This document shows positions 52,226-59,813 of a stretch of 64,000 bases of DNA, piece after piece. Below the pieces are notes generated by a model. The model ran no database searches. It saw only the letters and a program-made list of their open reading frames with translations, and had not been told where the DNA came from. Origin of the DNA: an uncultured Gammaproteobacteria bacterium (GTDB lineage: Bacteria > Patescibacteriota > Patescibacteriia > Magasanikbacterales > UBA922); the NCBI GenBank assembly GCA_964566225.1, contig CAZMHV010000001.1, forward strand, positions 242,651-306,650, given 5' to 3'. A program made the translations under genes and the position numbers. How positions within the stretch are numbered: position 1 is the first letter of the stretch; each line of letters begins with the position of its first letter.

Positions 52226-52813
52226 TTATTCTGCAGCCTTAGCGTAATCTTGAATATTTCCTATTTCAGAGAGCAAAACATTTTCTACAAAGATCCCACG
52301 GGCATAAAAAATGCGTTCCAGCTCGTTTTTGAGCTCGGTTTCCACATCGTCACGCTTTGGACCCACAATATCTGCCTGAGAATAGCGACTCGCTACCATA
52401 CGAATACGACTGCGAACCGTTGGGCGGATGATTTTTTCTACGAAATCTTCACCAATATTTTGCCAGATCACTGGAATTTGGTGAATATCGAGACGAAGTA
52501 AAACCGTACCTTCTACCCCAATACGTTTACCATCAGCCGTAACAGCAGCAATAGGAATATCTCCGAGAGCTTTTTCAAAAGAAGCATTGAAGTTACGACT
52601 AATACTGTATTCTAATGTTTGGGTATTAAATAACTTGGCTTTTTGCCAAAAAGGAATCTTGAAATGAAGTCCTGGAGTCAAAACCTTTTTGAGAACTCCA
52701 CGGCCAAGATCGTAAACACAAGCGACATATCCTGGTGGGACATGAATAAAAAGCCCTTTGAGCACATCCTCCATGACAAAGGAGTACATCATTTTGTCAA
52801 TCGATTCTGCCAT
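52226..52813 (-). CDS. SPFH/prohibitin domain protein
   Basis: VPPGYV, PGLHFKIPFWQ, IIRP.VRS. Confidence 0.88.
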   Translation of the reverse strand: MAESIDKMMYSFVMEDVLKGLFIHVPPGYVACVYDLGRGVLKKVLTPGLHFKIPFWQKAKLFNTQTLEYSISRNFNASFEKALGDIPIAAVTADGKRIGVEGTVLLRLDIHQIPVIWQNIGEDFVEKIIRPTVRSRIRMVASRYSQADIVGPKRDDVETELKNELERIFYARGIFVENVLLSEIGNIQDYAKAAE

Positions 52814-52840
52814 ATTTTTGCTGTGTTAAGAGAAAATTGT

Positions 52841-53551
52841 CTAGTGACCAGATTTTTTGTCTTTGGGAGCAAAAATCGTTTTACTAAACTGGTGAATTAT
52901 ATCAGAAAAAAGCGAAGATGTCAATATAAAGAGGGACTTTACCATAGGAAGCATCCAGAGCGCCAAGAACGAAAAAACTGGAAAAACCAAGAGATATGCC
53001 AGATTGGCTTGACTAATTTTTTTGTCTTTTTGGTGACGATATTCCAAGTAAATTTCAAAAAAGAGCACCAGTCCGACCACCAATGGCCAAAACAAAGTAT
53101 GTGTCTCACCAAGCTCAAATCCGTAAAAATTGGTGTTGATAGTCCCTGGAATTTCTACTGATGGATAGAGGTATTCAAGCAGATTACGTCCACTGATACC
53201 ACGAATAAATACTTGGTAGAGAAGAATCAATACCAGAAGTTGTACCCCAATAACAATGATTCTCGCAAATGGGCGTACTTTTCTTTTTTTCAAAATTTTA
53301 CGCACATGCATTTTTTGCTGAACCGGATCTTGTTTGAATTCTTTCATCACTTTTTCTACTTCATGTTCAAGTTCTACATTTTGCGCTTGAGTCTTTTCGG
53401 TAAGTAAAGTAAATGGAAGTAATGCCAAACGGAGCAAAATAGTCAGATACACCACAGCCCAACCCAAATTTTGGTCAGTCCAGTTGTTGTAAATCCAAAT
53501 CAAAAGGTTAAAAACTGGTTTATACAAATATTCGTTCCACAAATCAAACAT
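52841..53551 (-). CDS. yidC: YidC/Oxa1 membrane protein insertase
   Basis: LGWAVVYLTILLRLALLP, VQLLVL..LYQV; multiple TMs. Confidence 0.85.
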   Translation of the reverse strand: MFDLWNEYLYKPVFNLLIWIYNNWTDQNLGWAVVYLTILLRLALLPFTLLTEKTQAQNVELEHEVEKVMKEFKQDPVQQKMHVRKILKKRKVRPFARIIVIGVQLLVLILLYQVFIRGISGRNLLEYLYPSVEIPGTINTNFYGFELGETHTLFWPLVVGLVLFFEIYLEYRHQKDKKISQANLAYLLVFPVFSFLALWMLPMVKSLFILTSSLFSDIIHQFSKTIFAPKDKKSGH

Positions 53552-53612
53552 AAAAAAGAGACAAAAGTACAATGAATAGTATACCAGAAAAAGAGATAAA
53601 AAGCAATGAAAC

Positions 53613-53641
53613 TTGACAAAAATTCAAAAATAATGTATTAT
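53613..53641 (+). promoter_or_regulatory. Near-consensus sigma70 promoter of the tRNA-like pair
   Basis: TTGACA(53613)-N17-TATTAT(53636). Confidence 0.8.
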
Positions 53642-53658
53642 TTCGAGTCAAATAATTT

Positions 53659-53733
53659 GGGGTCATAGCTCAATGGTAGAGCGAAGCGACCTTGGAAGTC
53701 GCACGGTTCGGGGTTCGAGTCCCCGTGATTCCA
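53659..53733 (+). tRNA. Non-canonical tRNA: TGG (Pro) anticodon with Ala-like acceptor stem
   Basis: ggggtca/tgattcc-A, D arm gctc/gagc, gcgac-ctTGGaa-gtcgc, cgggg-ttcgagt-ccccg; two extra nt before the anticodon stem. Confidence 0.75.
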
Positions 53734-53763
53734 TGATTTTGACTGGCACTTCGGTGCCTCTTT

Positions 53764-53835
53764 GGGGTTGTAGCTCAGCGGTAGAGCAGTGGGTTTAGGT
53801 CCCATGGGTCAGGGGTTCAAATCCCCTCTTCTCTA
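53764..53835 (+). tRNA. Non-canonical or degenerate tRNA: TAG (Leu) anticodon, short variable loop, G3.U70
   Basis: ggggttg/cttctct-A (two U-U mismatches), gctc/gagc, gtggg-ttTAGgt-cccat, agggg-ttcaaat-cccct. Confidence 0.65.
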
Positions 53836-53898
53836 TCCAACCCGGGGTGTAGGCTTGTCCATGTGACACCTACACCCCGGGAACCAATTCACCAAAAC

Positions 53899-53930
53899 AA
53901 AAAGACATCCAGTATTTAGGATGTCTTTTT
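53899..53930. terminator. Bidirectional terminator between the tRNA-like pair and murE
   Basis: aaaaagacatcc...ggatgtcttttt. Confidence 0.8.
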
Positions 53931-55262
53931 TAATACTTCTCGAACAATTTTTCTGTCGTCCCAAGGAATAATTTTTCCTTTCACCACCATGCCCTGTTCA
54001 CTGCCCTTGCCTGTAATAAGTACCAAATCTTGTGGTCCTGCCATTTCAAGGGCCTTTTCAATGGCCTCTTTGCGATCCAAAATTTTAAATATATTTGTGC
54101 CTTCTTGTTTGCCTGTTTTCAGTACAGCAGAAGCCACATCATCAATAATGGTTTGAGGATTATCGTCGTATGGGTCTTCGTCGGTAATAATACACATGTC
54201 AGCATGATTCCCCACAAACTCACCCACGGTAAAACGACGCTGCACATCTCGGCCACCACCAGTAGAACCAAATACATGAATCACACGTTTGGGTACCAAA
54301 AGTTTTACTACTTCGTACAATTTTTGAATTGCCACAGGCTCAAATGCATAATCCACAATAACCTGAAATCCTTTTGCTTCGGCTTCTTTGATAAATTCCA
54401 AACGTCCTTCTGGTCCCTGCAAATTATTCACAGCTTGTTTTAACAGTGCCTCGGAAATTTGTAACCGATGCGCCACAGTGAGTGCTGCCAAAATATTTGA
54501 CACATTGTGTTCACCATAGAGTGGTGCATGAAAACTGTTTCCATTCCATACAAAGTGCAAACCATTTTTATCTGTGACAATATTTGCATTTGAACTTTGA
54601 AATTGTAATTTTTCATCAAAAGAATACTGCAAAAATTCATTGGCATATTCATTGTCGCCGTTGACCACAGCAATTTTTGGAATAGTATTTGAAAAAATCT
54701 TTTGCACTTTTGGTGTGAGCGCACGTGGTCCAGTCCATCGTCTTTGTGTGCCATGCACATTTTTGCGTCGAAGATTTGCAATGTGTTTGAAAAAAGAAAG
54801 TTTGGCGCCTTTGTAATTTTTGAAACTGCCATGTGACTCGATGTGTTCTGGATACAAATTGGTGAGCATGGCAATGTCGTAATTGATAAACCGGTGACGA
54901 TGCTGCACTACACCTTCGGATGTGGTTTCCACAATGGCAATGTCACATTGTTTGTTTACCATTTCACGCAAATACTTTTGAATTTGCATTTTGCCAAGCA
55001 TGGTCATTTTTTGGTCGTTGAGTTTCATTTCACCATTGATGTAAAAATCAATGGTAGAAAGTGAGCCGACTTTGAAACCAGCAGACTCCAAAATTTGTCG
55101 TAGAAAAAAAGTGGTGCTTGATTTGCCACTGGTTCCCGTAATACCAATCACCAGCAAACAATCTGCAGGGTGATGGTATTCGAGCGCGCCATACCAAGCA
55201 TAGTACAAATGCTTGAGGTTACGAATAGGTTTGGGGAGGAGTTTTTTGATGAGGGTTTTCAT
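53916..55262 (-). CDS. murE: Mur ligase, MurE-like
   Basis: GITGTSGKSST, ETTSEG, EHIESHG, GRLE, VDYA, GGGRD, LITGKG. Confidence 0.9.
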   Translation of the reverse strand: MKTLIKKLLPKPIRNLKHLYYAWYGALEYHHPADCLLVIGITGTSGKSSTTFFLRQILESAGFKVGSLSTIDFYINGEMKLNDQKMTMLGKMQIQKYLREMVNKQCDIAIVETTSEGVVQHRHRFINYDIAMLTNLYPEHIESHGSFKNYKGAKLSFFKHIANLRRKNVHGTQRRWTGPRALTPKVQKIFSNTIPKIAVVNGDNEYANEFLQYSFDEKLQFQSSNANIVTDKNGLHFVWNGNSFHAPLYGEHNVSNILAALTVAHRLQISEALLKQAVNNLQGPEGRLEFIKEAEAKGFQVIVDYAFEPVAIQKLYEVVKLLVPKRVIHVFGSTGGGRDVQRRFTVGEFVGNHADMCIITDEDPYDDNPQTIIDDVASAVLKTGKQEGTNIFKILDRKEAIEKALEMAGPQDLVLITGKGSEQGMVVKGKIIPWDDRKIVREVLKKTS

Positions 55263-55317
55263 AGGATTGATTTATTTTAGCGGAATTAAAGAGAAAATAC
55301 AACCCATTTAAAAAAAT

Positions 55318-55346
55318 TTGACAAAAAAATAAAGTTCGTATAAAGT
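55318..55346 (+). promoter_or_regulatory. sigma70 promoter
   Basis: TTGACA-N17-TAAAGT. Confidence 0.75.
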
Positions 55347-55354
55347 TGAATTAT

Positions 55355-55468
55355 ATGAATAAACAAATCTCATCAATCCAAACTACCACCACAACCTGCC
55401 CTCTTGGCTAAGGCTGTGGTTTGATATCTCTATCTTCCAAACTGCCCTAGCCGGGGCAGTTTTTGTTT
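55355..55468 (+). promoter_or_regulatory. Putative Thr-sensing leader-peptide attenuator (MNKQISSIQTTTTTCPLG*)
   Basis: uORF 55355-55411 with five consecutive Thr codons; alternative hairpins; terminator aaactgccct...ggggcagttttt. Confidence 0.6.
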
Positions 55469-55539
55469 ATCGCGATATGCATCGATGCGGAATGGTCCGT
55501 GTCGATGCAGGGTCGCGAGAAACAGAAGAAGGAGGAAAT

Positions 55540-55887
55540 GTGAGACCTGATCTCTACCATCCGTGGTCGCCAGACGTGGGGCAGATGCTTCACGTCGGAA
55601 GCTGGCAGGTGGGATGTGTGCCACCGAGGGAGATGAAAGTGGAGGTCACGGTGCCTCCCGTGCAAAAGAAAGGACGGACGGCGTTCGCAGAGTGGCTCAA
55701 GGGGGTGAGCCAGTCGGAAAGCCGGATGCGAGTGCCAGGCGAGATCATCACCATGGGCGAGAACGTCTGCTCATGCTACATTTGCACGTGTGGATGCTAT
55801 AACCAATCGCGAGGAGGGATGCAGTACTTCATCGAAAAGCGTGAAGGCGTGTTCGTTCACGACTTCTGCGGAGAATCGGTGGAGTGA
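55540..55887 (+). CDS. GC-rich orphan protein with CxCxxCxCxC cluster (115 aa)
   Basis: AAGGAGG SD then GTG at 55540; GC hairpin at 55895-55920 after the stop. Confidence 0.6.
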   Translation: MRPDLYHPWSPDVGQMLHVGSWQVGCVPPREMKVEVTVPPVQKKGRTAFAEWLKGVSQSESRMRVPGEIITMGENVCSCYICTCGCYNQSRGGMQYFIEKREGVFVHDFCGESVE

Positions 55888-55934
55888 AAAAAAAGGCGGC
55901 CGAGGATGTTCCCGGCCGCCGCTTCGATTTTGTT

Positions 55935-56279
55935 TTAGAGGGCATTTACAAATCCCTGAAGAAAAGCAATATCTTCACCTGTACCAATTTTATTTTTTTT
56001 GAGAATTTCAATTACCTTTTGTTTGTAATCTTTATCTTTTTGAGATTCTTTTTCAAGGCGTTTAAAAATGTCTGTGGTATAATCTGATAGTTTTCGATCA
56101 ATATATGTCTTCAGATTATGTTCTAACTTCACGTTTTCTGATTTCATCTCTGTTCGTAAACCATCGATTTTTCCATCCATCATATCTGACATGGCCGGAA
56201 TCAAAAAATCATTAGCAAACTCTACCAATAAATCTTTCATTTCTTCTTTTGTTGCAGGAGAATTATTTTTCATATACAT
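55935..56279 (-). CDS. Hypothetical protein (coiled-coil)
   Basis: ORF with host-like codon usage. Confidence 0.65.
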   Translation of the reverse strand: MYMKNNSPATKEEMKDLLVEFANDFLIPAMSDMMDGKIDGLRTEMKSENVKLEHNLKTYIDRKLSDYTTDIFKRLEKESQKDKDYKQKVIEILKKNKIGTGEDIAFLQGFVNAL

Positions 56280-56316
56280 CAATTATAATCATCCTTTTCT
56301 TTTTCTGTCAAGTCTG

Positions 56317-56895
56317 CTACTTTCCACCACGCAGTGTCGTCTCATACACCACCACCTCAAGTTTATGCGCCGCCTGTTTGGCCTGGTCAAATTTGTTGCG
56401 TAAATATTTGGTGAGATTAAATTCCATGAGTTCACCAATAATTTCTTCGGCAGCAAGGGAACATTTTTTTACTGTGTTCATGTCGTGATTGGTTGCGGCA
56501 CGAATGGCGTAGCGAAAGAGTTCGCCTGGAACATCACAGAGACCTGCCAAATAAATTTCACCTGGCACATCAAGTCCTTTGACTTCTCCCATTTCTCCGG
56601 TTTTCAAAAATTGGTAAAATAAACTGGCTTCCACATATTCTTCGAGTGCTGCGGCAAAAACACCTTCGTCTTGAATTTCTGGATTCTTTTTATTGCGTTT
56701 GACCAAATCTTTCATGATGGATTCCACGAGTTTCAACTTTTGTTCGGCCTCTTTGACTTCACCTCGGTGAAGATCAAAAATAACTCGCTTGGCATGGTGC
56801 AAAGCATCGTCAGAACTTTTAATAACGTCCCGGCGGATGAGGGCGTATTCATGAAGATTTTTCTTGAGTTTTTCTACGTAATTCTTTTTGAGCAT
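56317..56895 (-). CDS. Translin/TRAX (C3PO) family protein
   Basis: IFDLHRG, ALEEYVEA, YLAGLCDVPGELFR motifs. Confidence 0.85.
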   Translation of the reverse strand: MLKKNYVEKLKKNLHEYALIRRDVIKSSDDALHHAKRVIFDLHRGEVKEAEQKLKLVESIMKDLVKRNKKNPEIQDEGVFAAALEEYVEASLFYQFLKTGEMGEVKGLDVPGEIYLAGLCDVPGELFRYAIRAATNHDMNTVKKCSLAAEEIIGELMEFNLTKYLRNKFDQAKQAAHKLEVVVYETTLRGGK

Positions 56896-56958
56896 AGGCA
56901 AAAATAAGGGTCAATAAGTGCCTGTATTATATACTCCCCACCCCTTTTGGTCAAAAAC

Positions 56959-56987
56959 TTGACTTTTTTTTGAAAAAGTTTTATTAT
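56959..56987 (+). promoter_or_regulatory. sigma70 promoter of tRNA-Lys
   Basis: TTGACT-N17-TATTAT. Confidence 0.7.
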
Positions 56988-57008
56988 AAAGCGGTTCAAA
57001 AAAACCAT

Positions 57009-57081
57009 GGGATGGTAGCTCAGTCGGTAGAGCAGTAGCCTTTTAAGCTAATGGTCCTGGGTTCGATCCCCAGCCGTCCCA
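57009..57081 (+). tRNA. tRNA-Lys(TTT)
   Basis: gggatgg/ccgtccc-A, anticodon loop ctTTTaa, T loop ttcgatc; terminator at 57086-57118. Confidence 0.94.
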
Positions 57082-57239
57082 CACAAAAAAATACCTCGAG
57101 AAATTCGAGGTATTTTTTATTATATTTTTCAATCCCGCACTCCTAGAATATGTCGAACAGTCAACAGATTCTGCTGCTGCGGGATCGACGAAATTTCACC
57201 TTCTCCCCCGCAACAACACCGGCATTGCACCGGGGGGGG

Positions 57240-58145
57240 TCAGTAGTCGATCTGGTTCGCCGGGAGCGGATCGATGAGCCTGATCTGGCGGAGGCGACGG
57301 AACTTGTAGGCGCCGGCCGTCACCAGAGGCTGAGTGACCTCCGGGTGGATGAAGATCGGCATGGAGAACCGATCCCGGCAGGCCGCGCGCGGGTTGACCA
57401 CGCGGTGCGTCACCGAGGGGATCTCGCCGAACGTGTGCATCTGCAGCATGTCACCAGGGTTGACGATGATCGACCCCATGGGGTTGTTGGCGTCCAGCCA
57501 CACGCCGTCGCGCGTCTTCACCTGCAGGCCCGGCTCGTCCGACGGCACCAACAGAGTGACCAGGTTGATGTCCTCGTGATCACCCGAACGGGGCACTTCG
57601 GGGTCCGAGCCGTCCAGCGCCGGGTAGTGGATGACGCGGAGCAGGTTCTCGCCCTTGGCGATCCAGTTGAGGAAGAAGTTCGGATCGCGACCGAGGTGCA
57701 TGGCGAGCGCCTTCAGGATCGTTCCACCAGCACAGGCCTTGAGCGCCGCGTGAAGTTCCAGAGCCGTGGGCCCGAAGTCCGGCACCTCGACCGGGAACTC
57801 GTTCCGAACGATCGACGCCGGATCGTTGACGTGCCAGAAGGCCATGCGGTTGGCCCGGGTCTGCCCCACCGAGACTTCGGTGTCCGCGGGCGTGAAGCCC
57901 ATCTGGTGACCCTCGGCCACGAACTCGTACCGCAGCCGCTGCTCCAGGGTCATGCGGGTGAGGAAGACCTCACGCGCGAGCTCGAAAGCCCGGGCGAGAA
58001 GATTCTCCTGCACGCCGTGTCCGACGATGGAGACGAAGCCGTGCTCACGGAAGATACGCCCGAGCGCGTCCGCGATTTCCATGTCTCCCGCTTCGTCTTC
58101 TCCGAAGCGGTGCATGTCAAGAATGGGAATACCACTCAATTTCAT
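57240..58145 (-). CDS. 2OG-Fe(II) oxygenase, isopenicillin N synthase/DIOX family (GC-rich)
   Basis: IPILDM, HGFVSIVGHG, HEDINLVTLL (HxD), GDMLQ, THRV, RFSMP. Confidence 0.92.
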   Translation of the reverse strand: MKLSGIPILDMHRFGEDEAGDMEIADALGRIFREHGFVSIVGHGVQENLLARAFELAREVFLTRMTLEQRLRYEFVAEGHQMGFTPADTEVSVGQTRANRMAFWHVNDPASIVRNEFPVEVPDFGPTALELHAALKACAGGTILKALAMHLGRDPNFFLNWIAKGENLLRVIHYPALDGSDPEVPRSGDHEDINLVTLLVPSDEPGLQVKTRDGVWLDANNPMGSIIVNPGDMLQMHTFGEIPSVTHRVVNPRAACRDRFSMPIFIHPEVTQPLVTAGAYKFRRLRQIRLIDPLPANQIDY

Positions 58146-58202
58146 TACCCTTTCAATTTGAGTTCAATTATCCCAGGCAACCACGCCCGAGAACCACCCG
58201 CA

Positions 58203-58268
58203 AGAATACAAAAAATACTTTTGATTGTCAACAAAAGTATTGACAAACAGAAGAATTTTCTTTATTCT
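58203..58268. promoter_or_regulatory. Back-to-back twin promoters, both TTGACA-N17-TATTCT
   Basis: Minus strand -35 at 58226-58231; plus strand -35 at 58240-58245 and -10 at 58263-58268. Confidence 0.8.
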
Positions 58269-58299
58269 GCACCTACACCAACAACCAGGGGAAACCCAA

Positions 58300-59109
58300 A
58301 TGAGTGAGAAAGCTGTCTCGGCAGCCCGTCCGATCATCGGTGGACTGACCATGCACCTCAAGACCGCGCCGGGCTCGCTGGCGCCGCACTGCCTCATGGT
58401 GGGCGCGGCGGGGCGTGCACGGACGATCGCGCAGGAGTACCTGACCGGCGCAGTCAAGGTGGGCGGTGACGACAACCGCTACTACGACTGCTACACGGGC
58501 GAGTACAGGGGGTTGCCGATCTCCGTGGTCACCCACGGGATCGGCATGCCTTCGATGCTCATCGCGATCGAAGAGTCCCGCATGTCAGGTGCCCAACGGT
58601 ACCTGCGAATCGGGTCGTGCTCCACGCTCCGGCGAGACATCAACATCGGTGACGTAGCCATCGTGGCCGGCGCGCTCCCGCCGGGCGCGACAGACATCGA
58701 CGGGTTGGTGAATGCTGACCCAAGGATGTACCACGCGCTTCTCGAAGCTGCAGACAAGATCGTCAAGGTGCCCTATGCCTACGGCATCTGCGTGACCACC
58801 AACGACTTCACTGGTGGGCAGGGCAGGCCGGACGCAGAAGGCTTCCTGGACGAGGAGGACAAGCTCGATCACGAAGCGAGGATCAACGGCGGCGAGATCG
58901 ACTTCTACGACATGGAGAACTACGCGCTGTTCAACCGGGCCAGGACTCGTCGCACCGCGAGACGCGCCGGCTTCATGGCCGGCAGCGTGATGGCGGTATA
59001 CGGCAACCGCATCACTGACCAGCTCGTCGAGCACGCCGGTGACAAGGAGACCATCGAGACGGCCCTGCAGGCCATGGTGCTGCTCGCGCACGACCACCCC
59101 CTCCCCTGA
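58300..59109 (+). CDS. Nucleoside phosphorylase, uridine-phosphorylase-like (GC-rich)
   Basis: GRA..IA, HGIGMPS, LRIGSCS, DF..GQGR, DME. Confidence 0.85.
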   Translation: MSEKAVSAARPIIGGLTMHLKTAPGSLAPHCLMVGAAGRARTIAQEYLTGAVKVGGDDNRYYDCYTGEYRGLPISVVTHGIGMPSMLIAIEESRMSGAQRYLRIGSCSTLRRDINIGDVAIVAGALPPGATDIDGLVNADPRMYHALLEAADKIVKVPYAYGICVTTNDFTGGQGRPDAEGFLDEEDKLDHEARINGGEIDFYDMENYALFNRARTRRTARRAGFMAGSVMAVYGNRITDQLVEHAGDKETIETALQAMVLLAHDHPLP

Positions 59110-59264
59110 CCTTGCCTCGGCAAGGGGACACGCGGGTGGCATCAAGGACGACGTCACCCGGACTGTGCATTTCATTTTTGAAAAATACAGTTTGGAGATG
59201 TGATGTCGTCTCAACATAAAAATAATCCCGTTTTCTGCGGGATTATTTTTTTATCTTTCAAATT

Positions 59265-59618
59265 TTAATTTGCCTTCTTAAACTTCACCTGAAACACTGG
59301 CTCATAATTTTGTTCGTATTCATCAGTTACAGAAACAGTCTCCCCTTTCATTACTTGAGTCATAGCAATGTCACTGAGCATTTCGTTGTCACTTTCAATG
59401 TCAATTTTCAAATCTTCAATTTGTTGAAATTCGTTGTGAAAATCTTGGCGAATGGTATTTTCAATTGATTTTTTCTTTTCACGAAGGGTCTTGAGTTTTT
59501 CCATGGCCTCAACATATTCTTGCACGGTTTTGAGCGCATCACTGTATGATGTTTTTAAATCTTTCATTTTCTTTTTATTTTTTTGAATGCGCACGAAAAT
59601 TTCTTGGATGTTTTGCAT
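59265..59618 (-). CDS. Conserved hypothetical coiled-coil protein
   Basis: LSDIA.TQVMKGETV.V.DEY...YEP.F.VKFKK; host-like codon usage. Confidence 0.75.
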   Translation of the reverse strand: MQNIQEIFVRIQKNKKKMKDLKTSYSDALKTVQEYVEAMEKLKTLREKKKSIENTIRQDFHNEFQQIEDLKIDIESDNEMLSDIAMTQVMKGETVSVTDEYEQNYEPVFQVKFKKAN

Positions 59619-59813
59619 AGAGTCATGAAGAAGTAAAAATGATTGCTCTATTATAGATGAAAAAATGATTCTGGTCAAAGAACAAAAAAACTGACTCTAT
59701 ATGAATCAGTTTTTTTGTAATTTGTGAAAACAAAATTTTCTTTGCACAAATCTCCCCCGGCCGCCTTGCACGAAATTGTGAACAGGGCGGGCCGGTGAAT
59801 ACGTTGTTGTGGG

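Noticed and set aside
57150-58307. 385-aa ORF on the + strand (also 58585-59217 on the - strand)
   Set aside because: Antisense shadows of GC-rich genes; the opposite strands carry clear enzyme motifs.
59110-59125. ccttgcc-tc-ggcaagg resembling the actinobacterial rifamycin-associated element
   Set aside because: It lies 3' of a gene, is far from the helD-like gene and matches only partly; better read as a 3' hairpin.
57009-59260. tRNA-Lys-integrated island with att duplication
   Set aside because: I found no repeat of the tRNA 3' end at the far side of the GC-rich region and no integrase.
57188-59777. Short shared words (tctcccccg, acgaaatt) downstream of two GC-rich genes
   Set aside because: Only 8-9 nt long and in different order at the two sites; could be chance.
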